Of a DNA stretch of 64,000 nt, positions 42,201 through 50,420 are shown in pieces; the first letter of the stretch is position 1, and each line of letters starts with the position of its first letter. The DNA is taken from the NCBI GenBank assembly GCA_008690995.1, contig VRMN01000004.1, positions 1,302,001 to 1,366,000 on the forward strand. The letters are read 5' to 3'. The position numbers and the translations under genes are program-made. Source of the DNA: Porphyridium purpureum. Lineage: Eukaryota. Below the pieces are notes generated by a model. It saw nothing but the letters and a program-made list of their open reading frames with translations, was not told where the DNA came from and did no database searches.

Positions 42201-44767
42201 AAGGTTTTCACCAAAGATGAACGAATGCGTTCTTCTGGCACGGCTGCGGCTACCAAATGCAGATTCTGTAGACCATGAATGACGAGATCGCATTCAATCG
42301 GCTCGAGGAGAATCTTTGCTTCTTTCAAGTGCCTGCGCTCGTGGACGACACTCACCGAGAGATTACTCGCTCGCAGCACATGCTTGGTGTAGCGAATCAG
42401 AGTCGCACGCTCAGGATCAAGAAATGACATTGCGCCCTCCGGAGGCCCAGACCCACCTGGTAATGTTTCAAATGAAAGAGTACCGGAATCGAGGATGATG
42501 GCCGGATCTTGTGTACGGCGTCCGGTCAGAATAAATCGAGGCGCTCGCACTTTCAGCTGAACTTTGAGTTTGGAAGATGATTCTGCCAGAGCATGTTCCA
42601 TTCGCACGCGTAGCTCTGCAAGCCTGGCATCTGCAACCGACGAGAGAAAAGAAATAATTCTCCGTGGCTCGCTTGTTGGGCTCCAGAATGAAAAGGACTT
42701 GAAAACCACGGATTCGGCACCATCAAAAACGATGTCCACGCCGCTCAGAGCAAAGATAAGCTCGTCCGAAAACGAAGGTGCATCGTTTGAGCCTTTCTTT
42801 CCTGGAAGAAAGCGTCTCTTTAGACTGAGGCCCGCAATGCATGGCATATCTCTGTCTGCCTGGGAGCCCGTCAGATTTCCAAACGCAGATCTTATGGTTC
42901 CTGTGAGACCACCACCTACAGCCAGCTTGTTATCAAGAACATTGTCCTTAGGTCGGTCCGTGTGTTCGCATACTGATTCAAGAATCTGTTCCACACTCTG
43001 GGGTAATCCTAGGTACATCTGATCGACGTTCTTGAAGTTTGAAAAGTCAAAAGAATCACGCGGGTGCAGCGCCATAACATTGTTTCTACTGTCCCAACAC
43101 TCAAGTTTCCCGAGCGACATTCCCATGGAATAGCTCCCATCATGACAGGTTTCGAGACCAAAATTCAAGTGGTGAAACATAAGCTTAGAAAACTCGGTCC
43201 CTGCATGCGGGTACCCACCTCGGGCGAGCGTGATGGAGCCAACACGGAGACCAAAGTTCACTTTGAGCCCCCTCGCGGTACCAAACCGTGCGGAGACCCT
43301 GGCTGGAGTGTGCTCCTCCGCTTCATCAGTGCTTTCCTCTTCTGTGTAATCGATCAAATACTTTTCGTCGAGGCTGGGCATCGCCGATGCCTTTTTCTCG
43401 GGTTTCGCAAGGCGCCGCACAAGGCTCATGTCGACTAGGTCTCGCCATGCAATCACCTCGACGTACGAAAGCGCCACTTCGTACCCCTTCATGCTTGCGC
43501 GAAAGCTGTCGGCGAGCTTTTCATTCGAACTTCTTTTGGCTTCAATGTAGCTCACACGTACGGTTTCGTATTTCTCAAATGTCGCGCGGAAATCATGCAG
43601 ATGTTCGGGTGTGAGTCTGGTTTCTTGTCGCCGTCGATCCAGGAATCCAGGAAGCAGCTGGTGGACGGCCCACTGCCATTTTTCACGAGCGCTTCGATAC
43701 TGAAATGGAATTCCGGACGACTTGAAGGAGCTCATATGGTGCACCACAGAGAGCAGACTCGCGTACTGAAAGTCGTCGAAAGAAACACCGAACTTCGGGA
43801 AGCATACGTCGAGTGACGACTTTGGCTTTGCCTGCGCAATCTGGTCGGCAGATCGCAACCCATTCAAGTAATTTTGGTAAGCTTCCTCTCTGAACACTGC
43901 TGCCCGAAGCTCTCCAGACACTGGCTGTAAGATATAGCTTTGATCCCGACTGTTCCCGCGTCTTCGCTGCCAAATCATCTTGGCCATTGTGGCTGGATCT
44001 ACGTTCGAGGCCTGCGCAGGGCTCATTTGCACCAGTGGATCCGAGCTGTCTCCGCCCTGATGAAGCAACGGGAAGGCTTGAAGAGCCAAGTCCTTCAAAA
44101 CAATGCGCTTGAACACTTGCGGGCTTTCTTGATCTTGAATGAATACATTTTGCCAATTGGCATCCGTGGAATGTGTTTCCAGCCGCGCAAGCTGAATTTC
44201 TGCGCAGACAGGCTTGCTTGGAACAGAGCAAGGGTCCTCATAACGAATAAAAATGTTATGGACTTCAATGCGGATGTTATCCAAGATCTTGCTCACAAGC
44301 CCAGAAGTACCCAAAGAGAAGTAGCCGGCAGATTTGCTCTTGGCTTTTTCGCCTGCGTCACTCAACTCCTGGGCTGCTTGCCACGCCCCTTCGCGGAAAG
44401 CGTCATCTTGATCTAGTCGCGCCTGTTTGAGCCGTGCATGTCGTTCCAGAAGCGCCTCTGGCGATGAATCCGCTGCAGGACGCGCTAGAACACTGATATC
44501 TTCTAGCGTTACCTGCACCGGCTTTGAGCGGAGTGAGGTCCATGGCACCTGGACCTTTAGCACACCAACGACGCCCTGACGAACCGTAACGGGTAAATTG
44601 AATCCCAGCGATTCAAAGAGAACCTCTAGCGCCTCTGCGTGGAGTTGCAGGCCGCGCAGTTCGAGATTTCCGCCCCAAACGCCAACCTTAAGACTCTCGC
44701 GGTCGATACCACTAACATATTGTCCCAACACGCGCGATAGCACGTCCGCGACGACACTTTCGAACAT
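33263..44767 (-). CDS. VPS13: VPS13-family lipid transfer protein (3834 aa, intronless)
   Basis: Chorein-N start MFESVVADVLSRVLGQYV, VAB/SHR-BD-like PPYRIRN...YAWD, FQIDNQ, ATG_C-like PVEGARQDGFLGFWKGLGKG and PLRPPR, followed by a PH-like region and a C-terminal UBA. Confidence 0.93.
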   Translation of the reverse strand: MFESVVADVLSRVLGQYVSGIDRESLKVGVWGGNLELRGLQLHAEALEVLFESLGFNLPVTVRQGVVGVLKVQVPWTSLRSKPVQVTLEDISVLARPAADSSPEALLERHARLKQARLDQDDAFREGAWQAAQELSDAGEKAKSKSAGYFSLGTSGLVSKILDNIRIEVHNIFIRYEDPCSVPSKPVCAEIQLARLETHSTDANWQNVFIQDQESPQVFKRIVLKDLALQAFPLLHQGGDSSDPLVQMSPAQASNVDPATMAKMIWQRRRGNSRDQSYILQPVSGELRAAVFREEAYQNYLNGLRSADQIAQAKPKSSLDVCFPKFGVSFDDFQYASLLSVVHHMSSFKSSGIPFQYRSAREKWQWAVHQLLPGFLDRRRQETRLTPEHLHDFRATFEKYETVRVSYIEAKRSSNEKLADSFRASMKGYEVALSYVEVIAWRDLVDMSLVRRLAKPEKKASAMPSLDEKYLIDYTEEESTDEAEEHTPARVSARFGTARGLKVNFGLRVGSITLARGGYPHAGTEFSKLMFHHLNFGLETCHDGSYSMGMSLGKLECWDSRNNVMALHPRDSFDFSNFKNVDQMYLGLPQSVEQILESVCEHTDRPKDNVLDNKLAVGGGLTGTIRSAFGNLTGSQADRDMPCIAGLSLKRRFLPGKKGSNDAPSFSDELIFALSGVDIVFDGAESVVFKSFSFWSPTSEPRRIISFLSSVADARLAELRVRMEHALAESSSKLKVQLKVRAPRFILTGRRTQDPAIILDSGTLSFETLPGGSGPPEGAMSFLDPERATLIRYTKHVLRASNLSVSVVHERRHLKEAKILLEPIECDLVIHGLQNLHLVAAAVPEERIRSSLVKTFLIGRLPSLSVQLSRLNYQHVVGVFSAWASQSAAAARSATSSDEPSAQEDHSFEDEWPIPEREGAADSSIPPRKIGGAEGSVGADSVPLRRTLRPEQSLISLKTRFDFDGLAYKLLEKDDRVFLSGQAKRSHLEILLKSEGPSMAFASSGFEMNEHVNGEMRNRLVYAGPSRPSEDDNSTADLTPSEDTRFLAVEFSRKRQTGVDSQDLVANFDVLRVNINFETYLEILRFFFVSGTKEKTKDAFYAIGINSAADAAKILKENAGDVLDLSAEVIQGLGIVRISTSLKELGVYVGSRKFGGLCSLQLENARTFFERRTDGSLSSRGQLGKLVLLDLSAKSGTFRRVLSYERSSTGNEAQHDLAAARVGDIDKCQDGYIVSIPAASEKQDPWLILKFEGLRGALVTQFLRNVQNYVSAFGRKMQDIVDSDPGGHSRKANGFEKPASALTMASLLDSGEPHSLAFLLQKRSPRLRFSFLVGDVDYILPRDSASFHEGLRFRITRIRISNEELSAVGYRFGFKMALEGINAFALYHPGSEPVPIDPDADATGMRTLLENFHMVVKGDMFRAHVPDESMDSQRVSETSSLEFVYNVPSALPALRLRCFTSSSVLLRMNEAEYSILYFVLTENAAEPASLNFDESHDVGTTDQASGSRKKSEAKTNGNEASTLKSGLASNDDQTAPPALLVLLHVSQLKSVIAQGSSTDARDQLIETSLSSIAGRASVEWTGRFKFELQGRLDYVKDACLRGPDYGIPHAPVELMEASLGSENSQEWEQEPNVQVTYDRGLDMRPVILLFVNGLRMRVAPEIFARLGQLTIPGWPYLPTSKFAVDPPFFGREMTVTLSQPKIELRADAFENDPRALVIGGDFVAKIIWAPVTRDKTVSILTPSLNMSLSALASESLAIPVVYPAQTTMTIELAPTFMRVNIFAENFVARVAVQDVQIIAAIVDRLVRGALLASEASSRARVGISPAVLAMTAGQVRETDVSAIIASFRCVVTDENEASNSYVPVLEFRLRDSVVRSNAPIVTNVESEMSLDLFDRMRGYWVPGIETFRLRLAVNEGSEGAKAIGVRTDDRMDINLTPSTLTGLAQVLKAVQSAIDSVGEGPSQAAGADAEDVQRRRPSVAAYVVRNESGRSLIFQEPASSAERVIANGAQYEVDIAAEDVLLSSETTMAQKQRKDLMQCTVKFHGFLEVSLSLEHSRIACVAFPPDPLEIQALCSKSKNASSQLVTQEMQEVLMVWEVRMEDGVAVGIIRSLARVVNSTAVPIEISDGDTCVVMAPGGHWSVPVYSVNRPLLVRPCIKESVVSLRRLSSIEPADDDSSDFGEIESVFSFSQPLAKIENLREYAWNQITSDSRGSGSQDAAGDGRPLPECDLKIVCRAVQSSEKEFHLSLKPKIDSGTVRELLSRAWVDIHLIPPLVVENALPRPLFFKMFMTQMGPRRSKEFILVDQGVADSAGVYEVFVLNQRDLSDILLEVDFANNDTLDYESVALGKSPQFEEVRPFSLRDSMGYFWCRNSQKPGSAVPLKFERESSCNHQRVVIFADVWLRNRTSKPLLVRSKLPVSLRSTSSTLNYHSKSRYTLALEGRPPGEKPESFAVCTGSLLEFHDIFDNSGQRVSIGNDSGWSANVDVQEVDKYDSVSTTFSYLTLDCRTGRRPFHRTTVVCIRHQLWVENKTSRYIQWCEPAALDNRGILLASHVHHLEPGKRAAVSWDFRKSSAGRSDEDERGLCFRIADSINPASSDWIWSQAIPVEKTLGEVPAKMYRPKTHEQYIARVVSTRLEGGSLLIQVYGEDLDHPPYRIRNYCKTRAIAFRQMTSNKAHPWLLKPGMTTRYAWDDIQAPKRKQLLMIRAIETRRKEVTPGLFRNVEVSSPEFELCIDVVMAVQYDRFGGSDLPLFVRVEMNGPSRIVTFFDDDVHLAALEASSKAAAVLPASRRKISSDIEPKPVPIVAWDDVLSGENAAEGGDTELSLVAADEGTKSVSDDAAEISATTAPSAHQLEVIRDEIVSMDIEVVISAIGISCTNADLDEVCYISLRDIRFHMDESDERRLIITEVGDFQIDNQLKNPSYPVVLWFPRNDSSKDSTAGTRPPAMQLTLDRVKNTKDEIVRVSAFYVAFQQFRVCLEETFALKLYAMTVQMSLGSVDEREPLDDDEESKGFVKSHKTRAISEDDLPPRICIDRLLLAPVKFSLSFSASQNVQLPMRKYRTLIRTLIAVLGNVENAEFELNALELENVFDNVDHFRNLIGKFYLQQVNQNKYQVVASNALLGNASGLFESVSIGARDFFVEPRKAKGSVEFITSVGRGGASLISNTAGGLIGSVGGIPRAMAQGLESAIGDKKYIAEREAMRYNQHRGSQTLATGLLAGTIALGHGIRSGATGLFTNPVEGARQDGFLGFWKGLGKGVAGVALKPLTGALDMIAEPAVGIRNMIVTQRLTDIAEPLRPPRIARGNRLRPYDFRDSLGDAILNAAGRSESNRVGYEAHSIQDRETVLFWLELTSASSSSSRAEETWLIVRRFTRADPLLRRKLKNNEVNVKRAEKSRVALVTTLRLVVATLDGDLVWSCPLENISNTHVSAENKDYLMLGVRNASSPSTSWQRLFCGSQKARDELQQAIRYASESKKSLIPSSGASASSILLGALEIEDFPRDGEEGIGAADGVSLSPSSRNESGLLAHVNVQNQPSAAELLASLDPGIDAIIASHHGWFDHERTCVFHIANDLPETLIVSELVLHSGRWAEAPLERLLAHHKMVFVAQGADSIVSDVRGSFILKTASQRKVVLFFAASMLAEPLLLIRNASPDTFVYQELQARGPCVRMKVVVTDRVLADADKPPTVRKGSSSLSRVNPDTGNRAGFSREPGTRQGRSNEDEKSGDVGQVAQYREIPLKKAGTREKIMSWASGIKRGRSQPLKGSSEHRELQAGSASGVPVAPIVAEKDFEDEVAQLLELGFDEHRARMALFRTDGDVIKAVDMLISGV

Positions 44768-45232
44768 GGCTCCTCTAAAGACCCAGTTTTAGGCGCATGA
44801 GCTCAGTGAGCCAGCGCCGCGGAGAGAGCGATTCGCCCGGAACGGGCCGCGATTGCACGACTCTCGACGCACGAGCGTCCTGCACAACCGGCACGGGGCG
44901 CGGATCTGTCGCCAACCCGCAAGGCAGCGACCGTGCTGAGAAAAATTGAGAGCGTTGCGAGGGAAAAAGTTCTCCGGCACTGACCACGAACTTGTGTTTG
45001 CTCGCTCCAGGCTGTCTCACCCCGCGTAAGCCGCGCCCACTCGTTCCCAGGCCCACGTGTCAAACATCCGGTTGGCAAGGGCGCAGAACACTATCCGTCA
45101 GTTTTTACAGTACACCCTTGGCGGCTCCAATTCACTGTACACCACTTATTTTTATAGGTACAGTGTTTTCGGAAGCTCTGGAGCTCGAACGGCAATTGCA
45201 ACAAGCACGAATGCGGGGCGCTCGCCAAGCGA

Positions 45233-45898
45233 ATGGTGGGGTTCGTCGCCTTTGCTCCCGCTGCGCGCATGCCCAGTACAGCGCCCGTGCAAGCCATGGC
45301 TCGGACGCGAGCTCAAAGCACCGGCGCAAGGCGCGGTAAAACCGCCGACCCGGGCGTGCACAAAGCACTTCCACGTCCCATCAAGCACCGAGCGACCACA
45401 ACTGTGCCTGCACAAGCTGAGCAGCAGCAGTACTGGCTTATGAAAAGCGAAGGAGCGGGTGAGGGCAAATTCTCAATCGACGATCTTGCCGCTTGTCCCG
45501 AGGCGAGAACTCCCTGGGATGGTGTCCGAAATTACGCAGCTCGGAATTTCATGAAAGCCATGAAATGTGGCGATCTTGCCTTCTTCTATCACTCAAATTG
45601 CAAAGTCCCCGGTATCGCCGGTGTGGTCCGTGTTGTGAAGGAGAGCTATCCAGACCCGACTCAGTTTGACAAAGGCAGTAAGTACTATGACGCCAAGTCT
45701 TCGTCGGATGAGCCACGCTGGTTCCTTGTGGATGTGCAGCTAGTGCAAAAGTTTGCTCGACTTCTGTCCCTCGAAGAGCTGAAAGGGCATCGAGATCGCC
45801 TTCCAAACATGATGCTTTTCACTCATAGTCGCCTGAGCGTGCAGCGCGTGCACAGCACCGAATGGGAGGTCATAATCAACCTCAGCGCGGACACGTGA
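45233..45898 (+). CDS. EVE-domain protein (THYN1-like)
   Basis: YWLMKSE, WDGVRNYAARNFM, AFFYHSNCK, YPDPTQFD and SRLSVQ motifs. Confidence 0.9.
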   Translation: MVGFVAFAPAARMPSTAPVQAMARTRAQSTGARRGKTADPGVHKALPRPIKHRATTTVPAQAEQQQYWLMKSEGAGEGKFSIDDLAACPEARTPWDGVRNYAARNFMKAMKCGDLAFFYHSNCKVPGIAGVVRVVKESYPDPTQFDKGSKYYDAKSSSDEPRWFLVDVQLVQKFARLLSLEELKGHRDRLPNMMLFTHSRLSVQRVHSTEWEVIINLSADT

Positions 45899-46059
45899 AG
45901 GGCTGTTTTTCTACATGCGCCCGGCCAAGATACTTTGCATGCTTCTCACCAAGCACCTTTTACTTAGACACTACGAAGGACCACGTCTACGCGTCTATCT
46001 TTGCGCATCTCCTATGCACTCATGCTAATTGTACCCGTTGTTTAAGGCCTCCTTACTTC

Positions 46060-46359
46060 TCACCAAGCATTGTGAATTCGAACGCTTAGAAGCCCCATCT
46101 CGTCCATGTCGAGCTCTTCTGGCGTTTGCTCGGGATACACGCGCTTACCCATGAAATAGAATTCCACAGCGCTCGGTGGCACACAAGCTTCCATGCAATA
46201 GACATCGAAAAGCAAGCCAAGACTTCGGCGTCGCTTCAGTTTGAACTGATATTTCCGATGCCCTTCAAGACGGGGCTCATGCACAGACAAGTAAACGTAT
46301 CCATTGGAACGCGTCGGCTTCCCAGACAACAATGCGTCCTCCACAATTGGAATTCCCAT
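46060..46359 (-). CDS. Small SUMO-like (Rad60-SLD-type) protein lacking the C-terminal diglycine
   Basis: First in-frame ATG at 46359, 99 aa. FKLKRRRSLGLLFDVYC...FYFMGKRVYPEQTPEELDMDE is SUMO-fold-like. Confidence 0.6.
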   Translation of the reverse strand: MGIPIVEDALLSGKPTRSNGYVYLSVHEPRLEGHRKYQFKLKRRRSLGLLFDVYCMEACVPPSAVEFYFMGKRVYPEQTPEELDMDEMGLLSVRIHNAW

Positions 46360-47496
46360 GGCGACAAACCAGAGTGCCCACGTTTGCCGGCTAGCTGGCA
46401 CCTCGCTTTGTGCGTATGCTTTCAAGCGCGGAACGCAGTCAGAAGCAGCAACCCAAGAAATTCCTTCTTGTCCTCCGCTCTTGCTTGTCTTCCGCGCGTT
46501 GTACCGCGCGTCCTCCCCTGAGGTGACTTGTAGCTCGCTGCCCGTGCAGAAGTTCGTGAAGCGGTGCAAACGCGAGCACCCTTTTGAACGACCAGTCGGG
46601 AGATGCGAGCGGACTCGCGACGAGTCCCGCTTTCTCTCTTCCGCGGTTGCACGCTGCGGGACCCGCGGTCAGCGCCCATCAAGCGCGGGCGACGGAAGCA
46701 ACGAGAGTCTCTGCGCCGGCCGCGCTGCGGTGCCGAGGGCGCTTGCGAGGGCGCTGCTCGAGAAACGCGCGGCGGCGGTCAGAGCGGCCAACGAGCGCAG
46801 GCGCGGGGAGAGTGGCGCAGGGCACGTGCGCGGCCGTGTGGCGCGGAAAGAGCGCGTGGCGAGCGGCGCGGTTCTGTGGCCGCGTACAGCTGCGGGCGCG
46901 TTGCGGCTTACAGCGGCGTGTGTACAGCGGCGCGGAGTCCAGTCAGCAGTGCGGCGTGTACAGCGCGAGCTGCACGCACAGCTTGTCGTTACTCCGCACG
47001 GGTGCGCGTGGCTGAAATGAGCGAATTCGGCGCGGCGTGGTGACACGCGCGTGGCATCGCGCGTTTTGGGCCGAATTTCTGCACACGCAAGCACGCACCC
47101 CAAACGTCAAAATAAAACATACGGCACTGGCGTCATACGTGGCGCGCAGGCTGCGCACTTGCGCGCTTCGTGGCGGGCTGCTGGCAAAGCGCGCCTCAGT
47201 CCCAATTTTGGGCAGGCGCGTGGAGAGCGCTCCGTGCTGATCGAGACTCACGGCACACTTGGCACTCCTGCGCTCGCACGCTCGCCGCTTATAAACACCA
47301 ACGCACGTGCCGGCCCGCCGCGATTCAGCGCACAGCGTGGTGTGCCGGGCGGGTGCAAACGGCACATGCGTGCGCAGCGAGGAAGCTAAAGGACGCAGAT
47401 TGCGAGTGCCTATAAGTTTGTTCGCTCGGGACGCGCCGGGACGCTCGCGGTTGGGTTCCTCAAGCGGCGTCGCTAGAGAGCGCGAGAGAACCCGGG

Positions 47497-47881
47497 ATGC
47501 AGGCGCAGCGTCACGACGAACCGCACAGCGGCGCCCTGCCACCGCTTTGGACGTTGAGCTTGGGCGGCAATGGGGTGAACGACGTGCGGCCGCCGCAAGA
47601 CCACTTCATGCGCAGCGCGTCGCCGCAGCAGCAAAGCTTCATGCCGCCACTTGAGAGTGCCACAATGGCGCGACGCCCTCCCTATCTGGACATCAGCGAC
47701 GCTCAACCACGGCGTCTTCATGCACAAGGAAACATGTACCCGCGGTTCGAGCCGGGAAACATGGCGCCGATTTCAAGTCCGCGCCAACTTGCACTGGAAC
47801 AGAAGCAGCAGCAGTTGCACATGCAGTACCAGCTGTTGCAGCAACAGCAGGAACTGCTGCAGGTACAAGCGCAGCAGTACA

Positions 47882-47914
<33 letters not shown>

Positions 47915-48843
47915 TTTTGCCAAGCACGCCACAGCGCTTCTCGACTGAGGCAGTCTCTGATGCCGATGCAGCAGATATGTGGTCGCGCCGCTCGGTCTAC
48001 GCAACTGCCCATGGTCAAGGTCAGCCACCTTTCCCAAACGCATTCGCTGGGCAAGCGCGACAGTCGTGCCCGGGCGCGTTGCCGCTTTCAAATTTTGATT
48101 CGGACCATTTCTACCATTCCAGGGTGCTGAACGCAAGAGCGCCGGCGGCCGTGGCGTTTACTCCGACCGGCGTACGTACAGATGAATGGACTCCGCCGTC
48201 GCATGAGAGTGTCGTGACGGTGTCCAATGTGAAGTTGCCTGCGGGTCGCCCAGTTCCGCGCGCTCTTGACGTACAGAAGCTTCAGCAACCGTACAATCGT
48301 AATGCATTTTGGGGTGTTGTCATGGGAGAGTCCTCTAGCGTTGGCGAGTCTCCGAGGGTGCATCGCTACTCCGAAAGCCTCGCGGACTCGACTTCCCGTT
48401 CGACAGTTTTGAGCACGGAAGATAGTGTCTTCGAAGGTAGCAAGGCTGCTCCGAAGCAAGCGCGTGCACGGGGGCGGGGCGTTACTCATTCTCCACTTGC
48501 TGTTGCGGCTGAAGGGCTTGCCTTGCTTGGCCAGACGCCGGAAACGCGTAGTCCGCGTCAGCTGGACGCCCTGGGGATTCGACGTCCGTTCCAGTGCGGC
48601 ATGTGCTCCGTTGGGTTTTTTCAGAAAAGTGCCCTGAAGAGCCATATTCGTGTTGTACACAATAAGGAACGACCGTTTGCTTGTTCTCAGTGCGATGTGA
48701 CATTCGGACACAAAGGGGACTTGAATAGGCACAAGCTCGTGAAGCATGAGAATCAGCGACCGTACGCCTGTGCGGTGTGTCAATCAGCTTTCGGGCGCAA
48801 GTCGGTTCTGAAAAGACACATGGAGAAAGTGCATAAGGCTTGA
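47497..48843 (+). CDS. C2H2 zinc-finger transcription factor with polyQ
   Basis: Three C-terminal CxxC...HxxxxH fingers with KERPF/NQRPY linkers; CAG tract near 47883-47910. Confidence 0.88.
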
Positions 48844-48991
48844 ATGCTCGAACCTGAAAGTGCAGGTTTTCTAATCCTACTAACTCGTCAATCATAGATA
48901 TTTGAGCTTAAACGACTCGTATTTTCTAAACATCGCAGAGTCGAACTTTCGAAATCAGGTAAACGACCGCACTCTGGCAACACGTGAAGTG

Positions 48992-50420
48992 TGACCAAAT
49001 CGGACAGGGGACAGTACGTTTTTCAAGGTTCACTAGCAAAATGATCTGCTTTACTATAAAAGGGAAAGAGGTCCGGTGAAAAGGGAATGTGGAATAGGTC
49101 GAAACGGATAGGGGACACGGCATATTTCTGGCCATTACTCAGCCATAGAGAATCGGAATTGGTCGCGGTTTCCTTGCACGTACGCGCCTTGAAGATACAC
49201 ACAGTCGAATATTCGTTTCGGCAGCGACGCGTACAAATTGGCCATCACAGGCTGGTCCAAACTCTCCCAGGCCAGTAAAATGGCAAACTTGAGCTCCAGC
49301 ACCGTCTCATACTGCCTTGCACCCTCGTAAACATTGCACGCTAGTATCCTCCACAATTTCTCGATGATATTAAAGTCCGGCGAATACGCTGGCCAGTCTA
49401 GGAGCTCCACATTCTCGTCATTCATGAAATTCTTAACCAGGCGACTTGTGTGCACTGGCGCGTTATCCTGCTGAAAAACCATGTTCGGGCCCACCATCTG
49501 ACGGCAGCGGCTCAGCACGTTGTTCTCTCGAAGCATGGAAACATATTTTGCAGCCGTAAATGACCCCTCAATAAAATGAAGGTGAATCTTTCCTCTTGCA
49601 GAAATTGCACCCCAAACCATGCATCCACCGCCGCCGGAATGTCGCGACCAAACGTATGGAACGTCCGCCGCACGCTCAACACACGTCTTGTGGAAACCAT
49701 CGGGTCCGTCCAGGTTGAACTTCTTTTCGTCAGTGAACACAATTGCGGCCCAATTCGCCTGTTCCAATTCATGGTGCCTGGCCGAGGCCAGCCTCTTGAG
49801 CTTGCAATTAAGTATCAGTGACAGACAAGCTGGAATTATGCGGTATGCATACGTGTCACTCACTGCCTTGATGATTGTTATCAAACGTTGGACAGGTTTT
49901 GCTCCACAAATTCGCAGAGCTGCTTGGAGCTGACGAGCCGTGTGAATGGTCGGAAGCTTAGCAATGTTGTAAATCTTCGTTTTGACCGCCTCCGTCAGCT
50001 TTAAAGCGTTCACATTGGCATATTTCTGGCAGTACTCGTTTGGAGCCGACAAATAGCTGAAAACCACGTTCTTAGAGCGCCCAATTTTGGTCGCAATGGC
50101 TCTGACGCTGTTGCCCGACTCTGGGAGACCCTGAAAACGTCCTTTCTCCTCGCCTGTAAGGCCAATCTTGCGCCCCATGGAGTCAAAATGGAGCTCGTTA
50201 CGAGCTGCGATGGATCCGCACTTTTCCGCTTACACTGAACCGCCGACGTCCGAGATATTTCGCTTCCACGCAGTGTCCCCTATCCGTTTTGAGCCACAAA
50301 TTTCGTCGTAACCGTTGCAGACGAACCCCACCGTTCTACTTTCATAGTAAAAGATCAAACTTTACTATTAATGAACTATTTTTTCTGAAAGTTTTGATTG
50401 TCCCCTGTCCGATTTGGTCG
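48992..50420 (-). mobile_element. Tc1/mariner DNA transposon with IR/DR-type ends
   Basis: Perfect 21-bp outer IR at 48993-49013/50399-50419 and 17-bp inner IR at 49102-49118/50273-50289. TA follows the right end; the left flank reads TG. Confidence 0.88.
49135..50178 (-). CDS. Tc1/Tc3-like transposase, DD34E
   Basis: N-terminal HTH, then VFTDEKKFNLDGPDG, FQQDNAPVH and WPAYSPDFNIIE (34 residues between D2 and E); uninterrupted 347 aa. Confidence 0.93.
   Translation of the reverse strand: MGRKIGLTGEEKGRFQGLPESGNSVRAIATKIGRSKNVVFSYLSAPNEYCQKYANVNALKLTEAVKTKIYNIAKLPTIHTARQLQAALRICGAKPVQRLITIIKAVSDTYAYRIIPACLSLILNCKLKRLASARHHELEQANWAAIVFTDEKKFNLDGPDGFHKTCVERAADVPYVWSRHSGGGGCMVWGAISARGKIHLHFIEGSFTAAKYVSMLRENNVLSRCRQMVGPNMVFQQDNAPVHTSRLVKNFMNDENVELLDWPAYSPDFNIIEKLWRILACNVYEGARQYETVLELKFAILLAWESLDQPVMANLYASLPKRIFDCVYLQGAYVQGNRDQFRFSMAE

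Noticed and set aside
33277..44792. Many short antisense or alternate-frame ORFs overlapping VPS13 and other genes
   Set aside because: Expected shadow ORFs of GC-rich coding DNA, with no recognisable motifs.
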